A DNA stretch of 64,000 nt from an uncultured Pseudomonadota bacterium (GTDB lineage: Bacteria > Pseudomonadota > Alphaproteobacteria > Rs-D84), in assembly GCA_902790415.1 (NCBI GenBank), contig CADARU010000007.1, positions 1,412-65,411 on the forward strand. The letters are read 5' to 3'. Of the stretch, positions 54,238 to 64,000 are shown piece after piece. The notes under the pieces are model-generated. The model searched no databases, was not told the DNA's origin, and saw only the letters and a list, made by a program, of their open reading frames with translations. Each line of letters starts with the position of its first letter. Positions within the stretch are counted from its first letter, which is position 1. The translations under genes and the position numbers were made by a program.

Positions 54238-55302
54238 TTACTCGGCTGTTTGCAATTCTGAACGGATTGCGGTCAAAGATTCCGCGCGCGCGCGAATTGT
54301 TTCATTAAAATCGTTATTGGTCAAATCCGCCGCATATTGTATAGCATTTGCAAATGCCAACGCATCAGAATTTCCATGTGTTTTTACCGCAAAACCACGC
54401 AACCCCAAAAATGTTGCACCAGCATAAGAACGCGGATCAATTTTATGCTTTAAGCGTTTGAAAACGTGCACCAAGAAAAATGCGCCAATTATCGCCAACC
54501 ACGATTTTTTCATATTTTCACTGATAACACGTTTAATCAATTTTGCCGTACCTTCAACCGTTTTCAAAACGATATTTCCGGTAAAACCATCGGTAACAAC
54601 AACCTGAACCCGACCGGCACTAATATCATTTGCTTCTACAAATCCGATATATTCATACGGTAATTCATCACGATGTGCCGTTAACAATTTGTTAATTCGT
54701 TGCAGTGTTTCGTTCCCTTTGGTTTCTTCTTCGCCAATATTCAAAACACCCAATTTAGGACGCGACATTTTGCCAATAACTTCGGCATATACACTGCCCA
54801 GTACGGCAAAATCAAACAAATTTGTTTCATCACATTGAACGTTCGCCCCTAAATCCAACACAACCACACGCGAATCACCGGCCCCAGACGGCAACATTGT
54901 TGTAATCGCCGGGCGTGAAATTCCATCTATGGTTTTTAATGCCAATTTAGATAAAGACATCAAAACACCGGTATTTCCGGCACTAACCACCGCAGAAGCG
55001 TTTCCTTCACGAACGTCTTTAATTGCCATGTACATGGATGTGTTTTGCGCGTGTCGAACGACATCACGAATTTTATCCGTACCACGAATAACATCGGGCG
55101 CATCAATAATTACGCAATTACGTGCAACACGTGGGAAACGTGCCAACATTTTGCGCAAACGTTTTTCTTCACCAAAAATACGAAAGAAAAAAGATGTACC
55201 ATCATGCGCATACAAAAATTGGTTTATTCCACCCAAAACCGCCGCGGGACCTTTGTCGCCACCCATCGCATCTATTGCAATAATTTTTTTATCTTGTGTC
55301 AT
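54238..55302 (-). CDS. plsX: phosphate acyltransferase PlsX
   Basis: IAIDAMGGDKGP, VSAGNTGV, and full-length collinearity with PlsX. Confidence 0.92.
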   Translation of the reverse strand: MTQDKKIIAIDAMGGDKGPAAVLGGINQFLYAHDGTSFFFRIFGEEKRLRKMLARFPRVARNCVIIDAPDVIRGTDKIRDVVRHAQNTSMYMAIKDVREGNASAVVSAGNTGVLMSLSKLALKTIDGISRPAITTMLPSGAGDSRVVVLDLGANVQCDETNLFDFAVLGSVYAEVIGKMSRPKLGVLNIGEEETKGNETLQRINKLLTAHRDELPYEYIGFVEANDISAGRVQVVVTDGFTGNIVLKTVEGTAKLIKRVISENMKKSWLAIIGAFFLVHVFKRLKHKIDPRSYAGATFLGLRGFAVKTHGNSDALAFANAIQYAADLTNNDFNETIRARAESLTAIRSELQTAE

Positions 55303-55371
55303 AGCAAATAAAAACGCAGAAATGGCACAATAAACCGCACCATTTTCTGCGATAAAGTTATTGGTTATTCT

Positions 55372-55521
55372 TTATTTTGCACCACATGCAGGACATACAT
55401 GATGTGGACGTTTCTTTTCGCCACATGTTTTGCAAACACCGCATGGCATTACAGACAATGCATCATGTGAACGACGTTGCGCGCTGCGTGCTTTACTTGT
55501 TTTACTTTTTGGCGTTGCCAT
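55372..55521 (-). CDS. rpmF: 50S ribosomal protein L32
   Basis: Hand translation gives MATPKSKTSKARSAQRRSHDALSVMPCGVCKTCGEKKRPHHVCPACGAK (49 aa). Upstream of plsX, as usual. Confidence 0.9.
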   Translation of the reverse strand: MATPKSKTSKARSAQRRSHDALSVMPCGVCKTCGEKKRPHHVCPACGAK

Positions 55522-55644
55522 TTTACAATCCTTTTTTTATTTAACGTTTTCTATTTTATTACAATATCGGCGTTTTGCAAGTAAAACTTTATTTCCCGAC
55601 ACTGCATGTGGGGCAACAATCAACAGATTGCGCCCCATGTGTTA

Positions 55645-58600
55645 TTACAAGTCCAACAACTGTTGATGTTCGCCACCTTCGCGTGCCAACTTTTCTGCCT
55701 TTTCTTCTTTTTTAGCAATTTCGCGAACACGACGTACGTATGCACCAGTACCGACAGGTATCAAACGACCAACAATCAAGTTTTCGTTTATACCAACCAA
55801 TTTATCGGTTGCACCGTTAATCGCCGCGTCAACCAAAACCTTGGTTGTTTGTTGGAACGATGCGTTAGAAATGAACGAACGTGTTGTCAATGATGCGCGG
55901 GTAAGTCCAACCAAAACCTGGGTTGCTTCGGCCGGTTTACCACCATCGTGAATAACGCGTGCATTTTCTTCATCCAAATCAACACGATCAACAACATGCC
56001 CCATCAAGAACGATGTATCACCAGGATTTGTGATTTCCACACGACGTGTCATTTCACGTATCAAGATTTCAATGTGTTTGTCGTTGATGGACACACCCTG
56101 TAAACGATAAACCTGTTGAATTTGTTCAACCATAAATGTTGCCAATGCCTTTTGTCCCAAGATACGCAAAATATCTTGTGGAACCGGATCACCGTCAATC
56201 AATTTATCGGCTTTCTTAACGATGTCGCCACTGCGTACTAACAAGTTTGTACCCTTTGGCACAGCGTATTCAACCGGTGCGGTACCATCGTCTGGTTCGA
56301 TACGAACGATGATTTTTGATTTTGCGTCTTCCAATTCAACGGTTCCGTCAATTTCGGCCAACAACGCCGGGTTTGCAGGACGGCGAACTTCCAATAATTC
56401 TTCAACGCGCGGCAAACCACCGGTAATATCGCCCGTTCTCTTGGCTTGGACCGGAATACGTGCCAGAACATCACCCGCCGCAACAGTTGCACCATTTGCA
56501 ACCATCAAAACCGAGTGGATTGGCAACAAGTATTCTGCAACTTTTTTGCCACCCAAAGACAAAACATCACCGTTTTCATTTACCAATCTGATGGCCGGTT
56601 GTAATGCCTTTTTGGTGTTTGTTTTCCAATTTATAACCTTACGTGAAGTAATACCGGTCATGGCATCAACTTCTTCCTGGAAGGAAACGTTTTCAATCAA
56701 ATCATTAAAGTTAACAATACCGTCTTTTTCGGCAATGATTGTGTTGGAATACGGATCCCATTCTGCAACCTTGGCACCCTTTTCAACCATATCACCTTCG
56801 TTAACAATTAACATAGATGCATACGGGACGGCGCAACTGAACAATTCTTCGCCGTTATCGGCTGTAACCAAGATTTTGCCGTTACGGGACAACACAACAA
56901 CACGTCCCGCAGAACTTTTGATTGTGTTAATGCCACTGAATTTAATTTTACCGGCAACAGGTACTTCGATATAATGACTTTCCGAACCGCCAGATGCAAT
57001 ACCACCAATATGGAAGGTACGCAACGTCAACTGGGTTCCAGGTTCACCAATGGACTGACCTGCAACCAAACCGACAGGTTCGCCAACATGCACCAATGCC
57101 TGGCGCGACAAATCCATACCATAACATTTTGCACACAAGCCATCACTGCAACATGTCAAAACACTGCGCACATCGACACTTGGCAAACCAGATTCGTTAA
57201 TTTTGCGTGCCGCAACCTTGGTAACCAATTCACCGGCCGGAACAATCACTTCCTTGGTAATCGGATGAATAACATCGTGTGCAACCGTACGACCTAAAAC
57301 AATGTCGCCCAATGGAACAGACAATGTTCCGCCATTATAAACAGGTTTTGCGGTAATATATTCTTTGGTTCCGCAATCATGTTCGGTAATGACCGTATTC
57401 AATGCCAAATCAACCAAACGACGTGTCAAGTAACCTGCAGATGCCGTTTTCAACGCGGTATCAGACAAACCTTTACGCGCACCGTGGGTTGACGTAAAGT
57501 ATTCCGACATGGTCAAACCTTCTTTAAAGTTTGAAATAATTGGAACTTCGATAATAGAACCGTCTGGCTTTGACATCATACCACGCATACCCGCCAACTG
57601 CTGAATCTGACGTTTTGAACCACGGGCACCAGACAACGCCATCATGTAAATGGAATTCCAATCGTCCCCGTTATTCTTACCCATCGCAACGTATGCCAAA
57701 TCCCCCAATTTATCGGTTGTCTTTGACCACATATCAATCAATTTGTTATAACGTTCACCCGATGATAACAAACCGTTTTGATATTGTTCTTCAATATCGG
57801 CCGCGGATTTTTCCGCCTCTGCAATCATTTTATCTTTTTCTTCTGGGATGACAACATCGTCAAAACCAATAGAAATACCACTGCGCGCCGCCTGTTCAAA
57901 ACCGGTGTCTTTCAACGCATCGGCCAATAAAATCATCGCCTTGTCGCCACAACGTTCGTATGTCGTAGATAACAATTTTTTGATATCAGAACGTCCCATA
58001 ACTTTGTTTACCAAATCAAACGGCATTTCATCAGATTTCGGTAACAATTGACCCAAAATCATACGACCAGCCGTTGTTTTGTAAATCTTGCCGTTGATAC
58101 GCGCAACGATTGGTGTGTGCAAAGTAATGGTCTTGTTTTCCAATGCCATTTCAACTTCGTCCATACCGCTAAATCTTGGGGATTTATCGGTATGTTCACC
58201 GTTTATCAAAGAAATATAGTAAATACCCAAAACCATGTCTTGTGATGGCACAGTCATAGGTTCACCGTTTGCCGGCGACAAAATGTTATTAGTTGATAAC
58301 ATTAATGTACGCGCTTCTAATTGTGCCTCTAATGAAATTGGAACATGGACCGCCATCTGGTCTCCGTCAAAGTCAGCGTTAAATCCAGCGCAAACCAACG
58401 GATGCAAACGAATTGCCTTGCCTTCAATCAAAACAGGTTCAAATGCCAATAATGACAATCTGTGCAAAGACGGTGCACGATTTAACAATACCGGATGTTC
58501 GTGGATAACTTTTTCCAAAATTTCCCAAACAACGTCTTCGCCGTTTTCAACCATTTTACGTGCGGTCTTTAATGTGTTGGCATAATCGCCCGCCATCAAA

Positions 58601-58671
58601 CGCGCAAATACAAATGGTTTAAACAATTCCATCGCCATTGCCTTGGGCAAACCAACCTGATGCATTTTCAA
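55645..58671 (-). CDS. rpoC: RNA polymerase beta' subunit, C-terminal about 1000 aa (second of two ORFs)
   Basis: Begins [20 protein letters not shown]. Contains [22 protein letters not shown] and the trigger-loop and C-terminal regions. No ATG or SD of its own at the junction. Confidence 0.9.
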   Translation of the reverse strand: MKMHQVGLPKAMAMELFKPFVFARLMAGDYANTLKTARKMVENGEDVVWEILEKVIHEHPVLLNRAPSLHRLSLLAFEPVLIEGKAIRLHPLVCAGFNADFDGDQMAVHVPISLEAQLEARTLMLSTNNILSPANGEPMTVPSQDMVLGIYYISLINGEHTDKSPRFSGMDEVEMALENKTITLHTPIVARINGKIYKTTAGRMILGQLLPKSDEMPFDLVNKVMGRSDIKKLLSTTYERCGDKAMILLADALKDTGFEQAARSGISIGFDDVVIPEEKDKMIAEAEKSAADIEEQYQNGLLSSGERYNKLIDMWSKTTDKLGDLAYVAMGKNNGDDWNSIYMMALSGARGSKRQIQQLAGMRGMMSKPDGSIIEVPIISNFKEGLTMSEYFTSTHGARKGLSDTALKTASAGYLTRRLVDLALNTVITEHDCGTKEYITAKPVYNGGTLSVPLGDIVLGRTVAHDVIHPITKEVIVPAGELVTKVAARKINESGLPSVDVRSVLTCCSDGLCAKCYGMDLSRQALVHVGEPVGLVAGQSIGEPGTQLTLRTFHIGGIASGGSESHYIEVPVAGKIKFSGINTIKSSAGRVVVLSRNGKILVTADNGEELFSCAVPYASMLIVNEGDMVEKGAKVAEWDPYSNTIIAEKDGIVNFNDLIENVSFQEEVDAMTGITSRKVINWKTNTKKALQPAIRLVNENGDVLSLGGKKVAEYLLPIHSVLMVANGATVAAGDVLARIPVQAKRTGDITGGLPRVEELLEVRRPANPALLAEIDGTVELEDAKSKIIVRIEPDDGTAPVEYAVPKGTNLLVRSGDIVKKADKLIDGDPVPQDILRILGQKALATFMVEQIQQVYRLQGVSINDKHIEILIREMTRRVEITNPGDTSFLMGHVVDRVDLDEENARVIHDGGKPAEATQVLVGLTRASLTTRSFISNASFQQTTKVLVDAAINGATDKLVGINENLIVGRLIPVGTGAYVRRVREIAKKEEKAEKLAREGGEHQQLLDL

Positions 58672-59672
58672 GGACGCAACGACCCAGATAATGATTTAAG
58701 TGGTCTGCGATTCTGGGAAACCATTGGACGTGCCTTGTGTTCGTTGTCGAACAAGGAATCAACCGCTTCCTGTAACATACGTTTTTCGTTACGGATAATG
58801 ATATCTGGTGCATGCATTTCCATAAAACGTTTTAAACGATTGTTACGAATAATAACGCGACGATACAAATCGTTCAAATCAGATGCCGCAACGTGTCCCG
58901 CATCCAATGTAACCAATGGACGCATATCTGGTGGAATAACCGGGATAATATCCGGCAACATCCATGCAGGTTCGGTTTTAGAATCCAAGAAAGATTCAAC
59001 CAATTTTAACTGTTTAATTATTGCTTTGCGTTTTGCTTCTGATTTTGTTTCGGCCAATTCCGCACGCAAACGTGTTCTTTCATCACCCATATCTAAATTT
59101 GCGATAATGCTGCGCACACCTTCGGCACCAATACCAACGCGGAACGCATCCGGTCCAAATTCTTCAACCGCCGCACGATATTCATCTTCACTGATAACAT
59201 CGTATTGTTTTAAACTGGTTAGGCCCGGTTCAATAACAATGTATGCATCGTAAGAAATAACTTGTTCTAATTTTTTCTGCGACAGATTATTTAACAATGT
59301 TGCGATTTTACCTTCACGCAAAAACCATGTGTGTGCAACAGGCATCGCCAATTTAATATGCCCCATACGTTCACGACGAACAGAAGAAGAACCAACTTCT
59401 ACACCGCAACGTTCGCAAACAACACCACGGAATTTGATTCTTTTATATTTACCGCAGGCACATTCATAATCTTTGACCGGACCAAAAATCTTTTGACAGA
59501 ACAAACCATCCGCTTCTGGTTTTAACGAATGATAGTTAATTGTTTCCGGTTTAGTAACCTCGCCATGGGACCAAGAAAGAATTTCTTCGGGCGAAGCGAT
59601 TGTAACACGCAACGCATCAAATTGCTCTCTGGTTTCGATTTGTCCAAATATCTTTTGCAACATATTTGCCAT
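58668..59672 (-). CDS. rpoC: RNA polymerase beta' subunit, N-terminal 334 aa (first of two ORFs)
   Basis: Zn finger [39 protein letters not shown] and [19 protein letters not shown]. Ends ...[12 protein letters not shown] then a stop. AGGAG SD before the ATG at 59672. Confidence 0.9.
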   Translation of the reverse strand: MANMLQKIFGQIETREQFDALRVTIASPEEILSWSHGEVTKPETINYHSLKPEADGLFCQKIFGPVKDYECACGKYKRIKFRGVVCERCGVEVGSSSVRRERMGHIKLAMPVAHTWFLREGKIATLLNNLSQKKLEQVISYDAYIVIEPGLTSLKQYDVISEDEYRAAVEEFGPDAFRVGIGAEGVRSIIANLDMGDERTRLRAELAETKSEAKRKAIIKQLKLVESFLDSKTEPAWMLPDIIPVIPPDMRPLVTLDAGHVAASDLNDLYRRVIIRNNRLKRFMEMHAPDIIIRNEKRMLQEAVDSLFDNEHKARPMVSQNRRPLKSLSGSLRP

Positions 59673-59687
59673 GTTTATTATCTCCTA

Positions 59688-59720
59688 TTAGCTGTTAGTG
59701 GTTAGTGTTAGTGGTTAGTG
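59688..59720. repeat. GTTAGTG-type oligo-repeat, longest copy (rpoB-rpoC spacer)
   Basis: TTAGCTGTTAGTGGTTAGTGTTAGTGGTTAGTG. TAG falls in all three + frames and TAA in all three - frames. A partial inverted partner CCATCCACTAATC lies at 59752..59764. Confidence 0.7.
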
Positions 59721-59758
59721 CCGACGATATACATACCGCCGGCGGCTAATACCATCCA

Positions 59759-62700
59759 CTAATCAATCTTCTTTGGTGTCATTGACAGACCCAATCCACG
59801 CAATTCGCGAACGAACACATTAAACGCTTCTGGGGTACCGGTTTGGATATCATCGCTGCCTGTGATAATGGCATCATACATTTTTGTACGACCGACAATA
59901 TCGTCCGACTTCACCGTCAACATTTCGCGCAACAGATGTGCGGCGCCATGTGCCTCTAATGCCCACACTTCCATTTCACCTAAACGCTGACCACCCATGT
60001 GCGCCTTACCAGACAAAGGTTGTTGTGTAACCAGCGAGTAACTGGCCGTAGAACGCGCGTGAATCTTTTCATCAACAAAGTGATGCAATTTCAACATGTA
60101 CATAACACCAACCGTTACCGGACGTGCAAACTTTTCACCTGTTACACCATCGTACAATGTGAATTGGCCTGTTTCTGGTAATTTCGCCAATTTCAACATC
60201 TTGCGGATGTCTTCTGGGGTTGCACCGTCAAATGTTGGTGTCGCCATTGGAACGCCATCACGCAGCAGTTCCGCCTGGGCCCGAACATCAGTATCGGTCA
60301 TTTTTGCCAATTTGTCTGCGGTGTCTTTGCCATAGATTTTACCCATAATCGCACGCAAGTCATCGGTAACAGCACGTTTTTGTTTTACTTCGTCCAAAAC
60401 CGCGCCAATCTGTTCACCCAAGGCACGTGCCGCCATACCAAGATGGGTTTCCAAAATCTGACCAAAGTTCATACGGCTGGGAACACCAAGCGGATTCAAA
60501 ACGATATCAACCGGTGTACCATCTTCCATATGTGGCATGTCTTCAATTGGGACAACCTTGGATACAATCCCCTTGTTTCCATGACGACCCGCCATTTTAT
60601 CACCAGGTTGCAATTTCATTTTGTGCGCAATGTAAACTTTTACTTCTTTTAAAACACCGGCATTTAATGAATTGCTTTCGGTTGCCTTGGCGATTTCTTT
60701 ATCTGCGTTTTCGTTCAACTGTTTCAATTTGATGATATGTTGTTCACGCAGTTCGTCAATCTTGGCCTGGGCTTCTTTGTTATCGATAACCATTTTTTTG
60801 ATATCGGCTGGTCTAATACCTTCGAAAACTTCTTGGTTTAATTTCTTACCGACAAATGGTTTCAAACTGCCCGTACCTGCGGATATTGTGTGTCCTTCGG
60901 CGATTTGGAAAATCTGGTCAGCAAAGCCCTTTTCAATAATAGCGATTTCTTCTTCGCGGTCTTTGTTGATTTTTTCGATTTTTTCCAATTCAATCATTTG
61001 TGTACGTTCATCTTTTTTAACACCATGACGTGTCAAGATATTAACACCGATAACCGTACCTTCTTCGTTGGGGCCAACACGCAAAGATGTATCTTTGACG
61101 TTCAACGCTTTTTCACCAAAGATATTACGCAACAATGCTTCTTCTGGTGTCAACAGTGTTTCAGATTTTGGCGAAACATGTCCAACCAAAATATCACCCT
61201 GTTTAACGCGGGCACCAATATAGATTATACCAGATTCGTCCAAGTTCTTTAACGCTTCTTCACTGACGTTTGGAATATCGCGCGTCAAACTTTCTGGCCC
61301 CAGTTGGGTATCACGAACCTTGATTTCTTTTTCAACGATTTTTACAGACGTATAAACGTCATCACGTGAAATACGTTCGGAAATAACAATAGAATCTTCA
61401 TAGTTATATCCACGCCAAGGAACAAAAGCAACCAAAACGTTGCGTCCCAATGCCAATTCACCATAATTCATCGAAGAACCGTCTGCGATAATATCACCGG
61501 CAGAAATTCTGTCGCCTGTTTTAACCAACGGTTTCTGATGTAAAATGGTATCATTGTTTGAACGTTCATATTTTTCCAGATTGTAAATATCAACCCCGGT
61601 TACAACGTTACGGCTGTTCATACATTTAACAACGATACGATTTGCGTCCGCAGATTCAACGATACCACTGTGGCGTGCAACCTTACCGGTGCGGGAATCA
61701 CGTGCAACTTCGCGTTCGATACCGGTTCCAACCAGAGGTGTTTGAACACGCATCAAAGGAACGGCCTGACGTTGCATGTTCGAACCCATCAATGCACGGT
61801 TAGCGTCGTCGTTTTCAACGAACGGAATCAAACCTGTCGATATAGATACCACCTGACGTGGTTCAACGTCGATTAAGTCAATTTCATTTACAGGAACGCG
61901 GGTAAATTCGCCATCAACACGTGCCGTAACCATTTCTTCGGTCAAAACACCCTTGTCGGTGGTCGGACTGTTACCCTGGGCAATTTTGTGGCCCAATTCT
62001 TCATCCGCAGTCAAGTAAATAATCTTATCTGTGATTTTGCCGTTTTCTACAACATAGTATGGTGTTTCAATAAATCCATACGGATTAACACGCGCATAAG
62101 ATGCCAAGTGGTTAATCAAACCAATGTTAGCACCTTCTGGGGTGTTAATTGGGCATAATCTGCCATAGTGTGTTGGGTGCACGTCGCGGACATCCATACC
62201 GGCGCGTTCACGATTTAAGCCCCCTGGCCCCAACGCAGAAATACGACGTTTGTGTTCCAATTCCGCCAATGGGTTATACGCATCCATAAATTGCGACAAC
62301 TGACTGGATGACAAGAATTCTGCAACCAACGCGGTAAGTGGTGTAACATTAACAACATCTTGGGGTTGCATTGTCGCAATACTTGGCGAGGACAAACTTT
62401 CGCGAACCTGACGTTCGATACGAACCATACCGGTACGGAAATTTTGTTCCAACAATTCACCAACCGTACGAACACGACGATTAGACAAATTATCAATATC
62501 ATCTATGACATCTTTGTGGTCAATGATATTCGTTAATGTTTTCAAAACCGCCAAGAAATCGCCCTTGGTTAACAAACGTTCATCTTCTGGTGCTTTATCA
62601 GAATTGATTTTCAAACGTTTGTTCATTTTGAAACGACCAACCGCAGACAAATCATAATATGTCGCATCAAAGCCCTGACGTGCAAACAAATTCGCCGCCG

Positions 62701-63895
62701 CTTCTATTGTTGGGCGTTCACCCGGTCTGATAATATTATAAATTTCAATTAACGCTTCTTCACGATTTGTTGTTTTGTCTGCCAACAATGTGTTACGCAT
62801 GTGTGCGGTAATCGTTGCATTATCAATAGAAATCAAAGAAATTTCTTTGATACCCAATTTTTCAATATCTGCCAAAACTTCTTCGGTAATTTCTGTACCC
62901 GCCGGGTACATTTCTTGACCGTTTGCCATAATCGGGTCAAACAAATATTCGTTCACCAAAGATTCTGTTTCAATACCAAATTCCTTGGACGCGGCCATAA
63001 TCTTAGACAAACGTTTGGCATTCATACGATCACCCTTGGATGCCAAAACTTTTTTATCCTTTGGGTTAATCAAATCGTAATTCAAACGATATTTATCCAA
63101 ACCTTCGAATACAGAAGTATCGCCAACCCACAATTTGCCATCGTTCTTTAACGCAATACGTTTATAGAACACAGACAAAATTTCGGAATTCGACATACCT
63201 TGAATATTTGCCTTGCGCGGATCAGCCGCCCATTTTTGTTCATCTTCAACACATGGCAAACAGCGCAACAAAACAGTCGCAGGAATTTTACGACGACGAT
63301 CGATACGAACATAGATAACACCCTTGGATTCTTCGAAATCAATCCAACTGCCGTGTTGCGGAATAATACGTGCAGTATATGTAACAGGATTACCTGCGAT
63401 TTTTGCTTCTTTGGTTGTTGCAAATACAACACCTTGGGCACGATGCATTTGGGAAATGATTACACGTTCAACACCCGATGCAATAAAACTGCCCCGTTCT
63501 GTCATTAACGGAACTTCGCCCATAAATATTTCTTGTTCTTTGATATCGCGCAAAGATTTTTTACCATCTTCGGCGATGTCCCATAAAATCAATCTCAGCT
63601 TCAATTTTAATTTGCTGGAATACGTCATTTTACGCATCAAGCATTCTTTCACGTTATACACAGGTTTTTCCAAATTGTATTCAACAAATTCCAATTCGGC
63701 GGCCCCCGCATAATCCTTGATAGGGAACATGGAAGAAAACACGTTCTGCAAACCAGCGTTCTTACGATCTTTCGGCGCGACATCGGCCTGTAAGAAATCT
63801 TTGTAAGAATCATACTGAATTTCAATTAAATCAGGAAGCGGAGTTTGCAAAAAACTTTTACCAAAAGATTTTCTAAATTTTTGGATAACTGCCAT
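59759..63895 (-). CDS. rpoB: RNA polymerase beta subunit
   Basis: About 1378 aa. Full-length collinearity with RpoB, including [50 protein letters not shown] and [14 protein letters not shown]. The ATG at 63895 follows AAGGA; the ORF track extends to 63904. Confidence 0.95.
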   Translation of the reverse strand: MAVIQKFRKSFGKSFLQTPLPDLIEIQYDSYKDFLQADVAPKDRKNAGLQNVFSSMFPIKDYAGAAELEFVEYNLEKPVYNVKECLMRKMTYSSKLKLKLRLILWDIAEDGKKSLRDIKEQEIFMGEVPLMTERGSFIASGVERVIISQMHRAQGVVFATTKEAKIAGNPVTYTARIIPQHGSWIDFEESKGVIYVRIDRRRKIPATVLLRCLPCVEDEQKWAADPRKANIQGMSNSEILSVFYKRIALKNDGKLWVGDTSVFEGLDKYRLNYDLINPKDKKVLASKGDRMNAKRLSKIMAASKEFGIETESLVNEYLFDPIMANGQEMYPAGTEITEEVLADIEKLGIKEISLISIDNATITAHMRNTLLADKTTNREEALIEIYNIIRPGERPTIEAAANLFARQGFDATYYDLSAVGRFKMNKRLKINSDKAPEDERLLTKGDFLAVLKTLTNIIDHKDVIDDIDNLSNRRVRTVGELLEQNFRTGMVRIERQVRESLSSPSIATMQPQDVVNVTPLTALVAEFLSSSQLSQFMDAYNPLAELEHKRRISALGPGGLNRERAGMDVRDVHPTHYGRLCPINTPEGANIGLINHLASYARVNPYGFIETPYYVVENGKITDKIIYLTADEELGHKIAQGNSPTTDKGVLTEEMVTARVDGEFTRVPVNEIDLIDVEPRQVVSISTGLIPFVENDDANRALMGSNMQRQAVPLMRVQTPLVGTGIEREVARDSRTGKVARHSGIVESADANRIVVKCMNSRNVVTGVDIYNLEKYERSNNDTILHQKPLVKTGDRISAGDIIADGSSMNYGELALGRNVLVAFVPWRGYNYEDSIVISERISRDDVYTSVKIVEKEIKVRDTQLGPESLTRDIPNVSEEALKNLDESGIIYIGARVKQGDILVGHVSPKSETLLTPEEALLRNIFGEKALNVKDTSLRVGPNEEGTVIGVNILTRHGVKKDERTQMIELEKIEKINKDREEEIAIIEKGFADQIFQIAEGHTISAGTGSLKPFVGKKLNQEVFEGIRPADIKKMVIDNKEAQAKIDELREQHIIKLKQLNENADKEIAKATESNSLNAGVLKEVKVYIAHKMKLQPGDKMAGRHGNKGIVSKVVPIEDMPHMEDGTPVDIVLNPLGVPSRMNFGQILETHLGMAARALGEQIGAVLDEVKQKRAVTDDLRAIMGKIYGKDTADKLAKMTDTDVRAQAELLRDGVPMATPTFDGATPEDIRKMLKLAKLPETGQFTLYDGVTGEKFARPVTVGVMYMLKLHHFVDEKIHARSTASYSLVTQQPLSGKAHMGGQRLGEMEVWALEAHGAAHLLREMLTVKSDDIVGRTKMYDAIITGSDDIQTGTPEAFNVFVRELRGLGLSMTPKKID

Positions 63896-64000
63896 GGGTT
63901 TCAATCCTTTTTTTTATGCGTTTTGCAAACGAAACTGTTACATATACTCTTTTTACGCCCATCGCCCACAAAGGATTTTTATCCATTGTGGGCAAAAAGC

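Noticed and set aside
56222-56974. 250-aa plus-strand ORF inside rpoC, and many similar antisense ORFs inside rpoB, parC, proS, the U32 gene and others
   Set aside because: The opposite strand carries unmistakable, full-length conserved genes. These are antisense shadow ORFs.

Overview
All calls below come from reading the sequence and ORF track by eye. No homology, tRNA or covariance search was run.

The window is a Gram-negative chromosomal segment. Its backbone gene order looks alphaproteobacterial: lptE-holA, a coiled-coil gene followed by zapA, olsB-olsA, and rpmF-plsX ... fabH-ihfA.

Recognisable housekeeping genes are lptE, holA, map, radC, zapA, parC, rpmG, lgt, a BI-1/YccA protein, glyQS, a U32 peptidase, cvpA, Fe-SOD, ldh, a Pta/Ptb-family enzyme, proS, olsBA, a lytic transglycosylase, hemW, an M13 peptidase, ihfA, fabH, plsX, rpmF, rpoC and rpoB. 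There are six tRNAs: Leu-TAG, Glu-TTC, Asp-GTC, Thr-TGT, Arg-CCT, plus Leu as listed.

Between these lie AT-rich accessory stretches that encode many unrecognisable secreted, membrane or Cys-rich proteins and putative outer-membrane barrels.

The main anomalies are:
1. An integrase-less, cassette-like accessory region (about 11.2-16.9 kb) abuts tRNA-Glu. It carries a 16-nt duplicate of the tRNA 3' end, several short repeat families, and NERD, Hanks-kinase and GNAT genes.
2. rpoC is broken into two ORFs, and about 35 universally conserved residues (the switch-2 segment) are missing.
3. A truncated 4Fe-4S ferredoxin module is fused in frame to the N-terminus of GlyRS.
4. A promoter-like module recurs upstream of four lineage-specific genes.
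5. A GTTAGTG/CACTAAC oligo-repeat, which places stop codons in all six frames, recurs around intergenic terminators.
6. A (TC)12 microsatellite lies upstream of an operon of paralogous coiled-coil proteins with Gly/Ala-rich segments.
7. About 6.6 kb of accessory DNA, including tRNA-Arg, splits the normally contiguous plsX-fabH pair.

No CRISPR array, integrase, transposase or rRNA gene was seen.
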